Positions 61,499 through 64,000 of a stretch of DNA of 64,000 bases are shown here, one piece after another. The notes under the pieces are model-generated. The model ran no database searches. It saw only the letters and a list, made by a program, of their open reading frames with translations, and was not told the DNA's origin. This DNA comes from an uncultured Candidatus Saccharibacteria bacterium (GTDB lineage Bacteria > Patescibacteriota > CAZHWT01), in NCBI GenBank assembly GCA_964554805.1, contig CAZKPX010000007.1, positions 314-64,313 of the forward strand. The letters run 5' to 3'. The stretch's first letter is position 1. Each line of letters starts with the position of its first letter. The translations under genes and the position numbers were made by a program.

Positions 61499-61870
61499 AT
61501 GCAGCAGTCAAAGGCTTCATACGAAAAGCTAATTGTATGGCAAAGATCAATAGCTCTTACCGTAAGGGTTTATAAACTAACTTCTAGTTTTCCCGACGAA
61601 GAAAAGTATGCATTAAAGAATCAAATACAGAGAGCTGCTGTATCTATAGCAAGCAATATAGCCGAGGGCTATGGTAGAAATAGCACTAAAGAATTTTCAA
61701 GATTTTTACTAATTGCAAACGGGTCAGCAGCCGAATTAGCCACACAATTAGTTGTAGTTAAGTCTATTGGCTTATTGTCATCTGATGAGTGTGATCATGT
61801 GTTAACAGAAATTAACAGCATTAAGGCAATGATATTTAGTCTAGTTAAAAAATTAAAAGCTACTAGTTAA
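61499..61870 (+). CDS. Four-helix-bundle protein (TIGR02436 / 23S rRNA intervening-sequence protein / Avd-like)
   Basis: About 120 aa with YEKLIVWQRS...ALTVRVYKLTSSFP...KNQIQRAAVSIASNIAEGYGR...LLIANGSAAELATQL, the canonical four-helix-bundle family pattern. Flanked by 11-bp direct repeats TATAAGTTATG (61491-61501 and 61929-61939). Confidence 0.8.
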   Translation: MQQSKASYEKLIVWQRSIALTVRVYKLTSSFPDEEKYALKNQIQRAAVSIASNIAEGYGRNSTKEFSRFLLIANGSAAELATQLVVVKSIGLLSSDECDHVLTEINSIKAMIFSLVKKLKATS

Positions 61871-61934
61871 ATTTAGCCAACAACCCTCTGCTCCCCGCTT
61901 ACTGCTCGCCGCTTTCCAATTTTTGACTTATAAG

Positions 61935-62939
61935 TTATGAGTTATGAGTTTTTGAAGATCCCGTCAGCCTCTTTAATCGATAGTACTTTCGAGACAGCAA
62001 AAGTCCCACCACTACCACTGCTATTACTCCTACCACCACTGCAGCTTGCCATGGGAATGCCCAAAAGCTAGCCTGAGTCTTAATCGAATAATTATTGCTA
62101 CCAAAGACGAGATTCAACTCGGCTTGATAGGGGCCAATGATCAGATTGCGTTGCCACTCTGAAGCAAACTGTCGTTGACTATTCGGCAAAACAGCTCGAT
62201 CCTCAACCGGGATCTTGGCTATTTCTCGGCCAAATTGACTGATAGTAATAGTTCCCTTGGGTCGCACATGAACATTGCCGGTATTGCTAAAAATAAACTG
62301 AAATGGCACCGGCCCTTTATCCAAAAATGATGGAACGCTAAAGCCGCACACCACCGCCGTACACCGACCATCGCCGCTATCACCCAGCAACTGACCTGCC
62401 TCAATAATATCTCCGCTAACCGTAAAGTAGAGCAGAGACACCATCCGTGACGTCACCACTACCTTGGAATCACGAGAACTATTCATATCTGGCTGACTAA
62501 TCTGCTCAAACATCACGCTGGCATATTTGCCACCCGGCTCAGCTTGAGGCGGAACAATATATTGGACTGTCACCGTAGCACTATCATCAGCCGGAATAAG
62601 CAAGTTGCTAGTCGACAAATGCACCCATTCCGCCGCCGCGTAACTCATACTATTATCATCAGCAAAAGTCAGCTCGCCATTAGTTCCCTTGGCTGAAAAG
62701 TTGCGAACATACACCCTAACCGCCTGCGCCTCACCGCTCTTATTAAATAAAGAAATATCAAAATTCCCCTGATCCCCCGGATCAACCTTAATCTCTTTGA
62801 GGGCAGGGGTAATTTGAAAGGTCGTAGACTGGGCAATGGCTGGAGCCGTCACAGCCAGTATTGCAGCAGAGGTTAGAACAAATATACTTAGCGTTATTAA
62901 TAATGGACTACCTTTTAAATGGGGAAGTGCGCGGAGCAT
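61935..62939 (-). CDS. Secreted hypothetical protein with C-terminal membrane anchor
   Basis: Signal peptide (LLITLSIFVLTSAAILAVTAPAIA), a beta-rich body, and a C-terminal hydrophobic helix plus basic tail (VVVGLLLSRKYYRLKRL). Sits between the two four-helix-bundle genes. Confidence 0.5.
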   Translation of the reverse strand: MLRALPHLKGSPLLITLSIFVLTSAAILAVTAPAIAQSTTFQITPALKEIKVDPGDQGNFDISLFNKSGEAQAVRVYVRNFSAKGTNGELTFADDNSMSYAAAEWVHLSTSNLLIPADDSATVTVQYIVPPQAEPGGKYASVMFEQISQPDMNSSRDSKVVVTSRMVSLLYFTVSGDIIEAGQLLGDSGDGRCTAVVCGFSVPSFLDKGPVPFQFIFSNTGNVHVRPKGTITISQFGREIAKIPVEDRAVLPNSQRQFASEWQRNLIIGPYQAELNLVFGSNNYSIKTQASFWAFPWQAAVVVGVIAVVVVGLLLSRKYYRLKRLTGSSKTHNS

Positions 62940-62978
62940 ACTTGGTATTATAGGGGAGAGTGGAGATATAAATCAAAA

Positions 62979-63012
62979 GGCAAAAGGCAAAGGGCAAAAA
63001 TTAAAGTGAAAA
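62979..63012. repeat. Left arm of the perfect 34-bp inverted repeat flanking the second four-helix-bundle gene
   Basis: GGCAAAAGGCAAAGGGCAAAAATTAAAGTGAAAA; its reverse complement is at 63469-63502. Confidence 0.9.
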
Positions 63013-63093
63013 TTAAAAAGTTTCTCACTTAACCCCCGCATAAGCTATGCTTGGCTGTTGACGTTATTATGACTTTATTGTTATATACTCTAT

Positions 63094-63453
63094 ATGCAAA
63101 ATGCGCAGAGGGATGACCTGAAAAACCGAGCTTATCGATTTAGTTTGGCTTTGATCCAGATGATTAGTATAGCGAACAAAGGTATGTCGAATGAAATTAT
63201 TTGTAGACAGTTACTGCGATCGGGAACGAGCATTGGTGCTAATCTGGTGGAAGCTCGAGCATCAACATCTCGCCTTGAATATAAAAAGTTTCATGAGATA
63301 GCACTAAAGAGTGCCAACGAAACAATCTACCGGTTAGATCTATTAAGAGATTCAAACAACAGAGCGCCAAGTACTATTGATACTCTAAGAAACGAAGTAG
63401 ATCAGCTGTCCAGGATGATTGGCTCCGGAGTTATAAAACTTAAGTCTAAATAA
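63094..63453 (+). CDS. Four-helix-bundle protein (TIGR02436 / IVS-protein / Avd-like), second copy
   Basis: AYRFSLALIQMISIANKG...QLLRSGTSIGANLVEARAS...FHEIALKSANETIYRLDLL, the family pattern. Flanked by a 34-bp perfect inverted repeat. Confidence 0.8.
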   Translation: MQNAQRDDLKNRAYRFSLALIQMISIANKGMSNEIICRQLLRSGTSIGANLVEARASTSRLEYKKFHEIALKSANETIYRLDLLRDSNNRAPSTIDTLRNEVDQLSRMIGSGVIKLKSK

Positions 63454-63468
63454 GACCCAGCTTTAAAT

Positions 63469-63502
63469 TTTTCACTTTAATTTTTGCCCTTTGCCTTTTG
63501 CC
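63469..63502. repeat. Right arm of the 34-bp inverted repeat
   Basis: TTTTCACTTTAATTTTTGCCCTTTGCCTTTTGCC, the exact reverse complement of 62979-63012. Confidence 0.9.
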
Positions 63503-63917
63503 CTCTAACTTTAACAGTTCAAAAACAACACCGTTTCATCCTCCCCTCGCAACAGCATAAACGCACATTTAACCTATTGACATAATCATCCAACCATTGC
63601 ATCATGGAACAAGCAGGCATTATGTTTGCTAATTATTCAGTATCATTTGAGCTGCTCCATAGCTTCAGAAGATTATTGAATCAAGTCGAAAGTGAGGTGG
63701 TAGCAAGACAGAACATAATTTACTTTATGCTAGTAGGCGCTAGATTGCGCCTGGTTTCCAGCGGTACTGGAGCCTGCCTTATTCGGCATCTAAAGTTACC
63801 ATCAAAATTCGCAATAAAGCAGGCGTAACCAAGCGCCTATTCGTTAGAAAGACCGTATTTAAACGGCAAATTATTAGAAACTCATCGGCTTCGTCCGATA
63901 GAAAGAGGAAATTAGAT

Positions 63918-64000
63918 ATGCATATATCTTCTGCCCACAAAAGTAGCCTGGCAAAAGTTGCTCGTATAGCAACTGCTGGCGCCATGGTAGTCGGTTCTTT
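63918..64000 (+). CDS. 5' end of an ORF running off the window (unknown product)
   Basis: AAAGAGGAAA RBS then ATG at 63918; MHISSAHKSSLAKVARIATAGAMVVGS...; partial. Confidence 0.3.
   Translation, partial: MHISSAHKSSLAKVARIATAGAMVVGS

Noticed and set aside
61421-63502. Diversity-generating retroelement (Avd-like four-helix-bundle genes next to a secreted target)
   Set aside because: There is no reverse transcriptase in the window. No template/variable repeat pair was found. The secreted protein's C-terminus is a TM anchor, not a C-type-lectin variable region. The inverted-repeat cassette structure is more consistent with rRNA-IVS-like elements. It is kept as a low-probability alternative in the finding.

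Overview
This 64-kb window appears to come from a bacterial chromosome of moderate GC (about 45-48% by eye), read with the standard genetic code. Genes are mostly short and tightly packed. Housekeeping genes include ppa, zwf, radC, a tRNA-dihydrouridine synthase, a DEAD-box helicase, a Bcp peroxiredoxin and an F-type ATP synthase cluster (b-delta-alpha-gamma-beta-epsilon). Envelope and surface genes include an LPXTG sortase-substrate protein, a LytR_C-domain protein, DUF2207, DUF3048, SPFH, an ABC transporter, a P-type ATPase, a type-II NADH dehydrogenase, and two secreted proteins (390 and 684 aa) with N-terminal signal peptides; Pro/Thr-rich linkers recur in several of these proteins. The LPXTG anchor, Pro/Thr linkers and streamlined gene set fit a monoderm-type or Saccharibacteria/CPR-like lineage, but that is inference only. 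There are two two-component systems, an HxlR/FMN-reductase pair and a Y-family polymerase cassette. Unusual items are a UvrD-like helicase fused to a PD-(D/E)XK nuclease, a Pif1-like helicase, and a free-standing HNH-like ORF in a GC-rich patch. I found no rRNA, tRNA or CRISPR array. The most interesting content is repetitive and architectural. (1) A roughly 100-120 bp element with terminal inverted repeats built from tandem GCGACGRG octamers is inserted in frame into the atpH, atpD (three copies) and helicase-nuclease genes, producing S/P/A/T-rich low-complexity segments. (2) The ATP synthase cluster has greatly extended beta, alpha and b subunits, a hexanucleotide microsatellite inside atpA, and short direct duplications at gene junctions that create new start codons and a mini-ORF; the membrane a and c subunit genes are not adjacent. 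(3) Four tandem paralogues of membrane-anchored pseudopilin-like proteins lack a prepilin leader. (4) Two four-helix-bundle (Avd/IVS-protein-like) genes sit in IVS-like cassettes, one flanked by a perfect 34-bp inverted repeat. (5) Two families of short intergenic hairpin repeats occur (three and four copies), one of which supplies stop codons to genes. (6) Several GC-rich patches carry orphan ORFs or no convincing gene. All product calls rest on motifs read from the supplied translations; no database search was possible.
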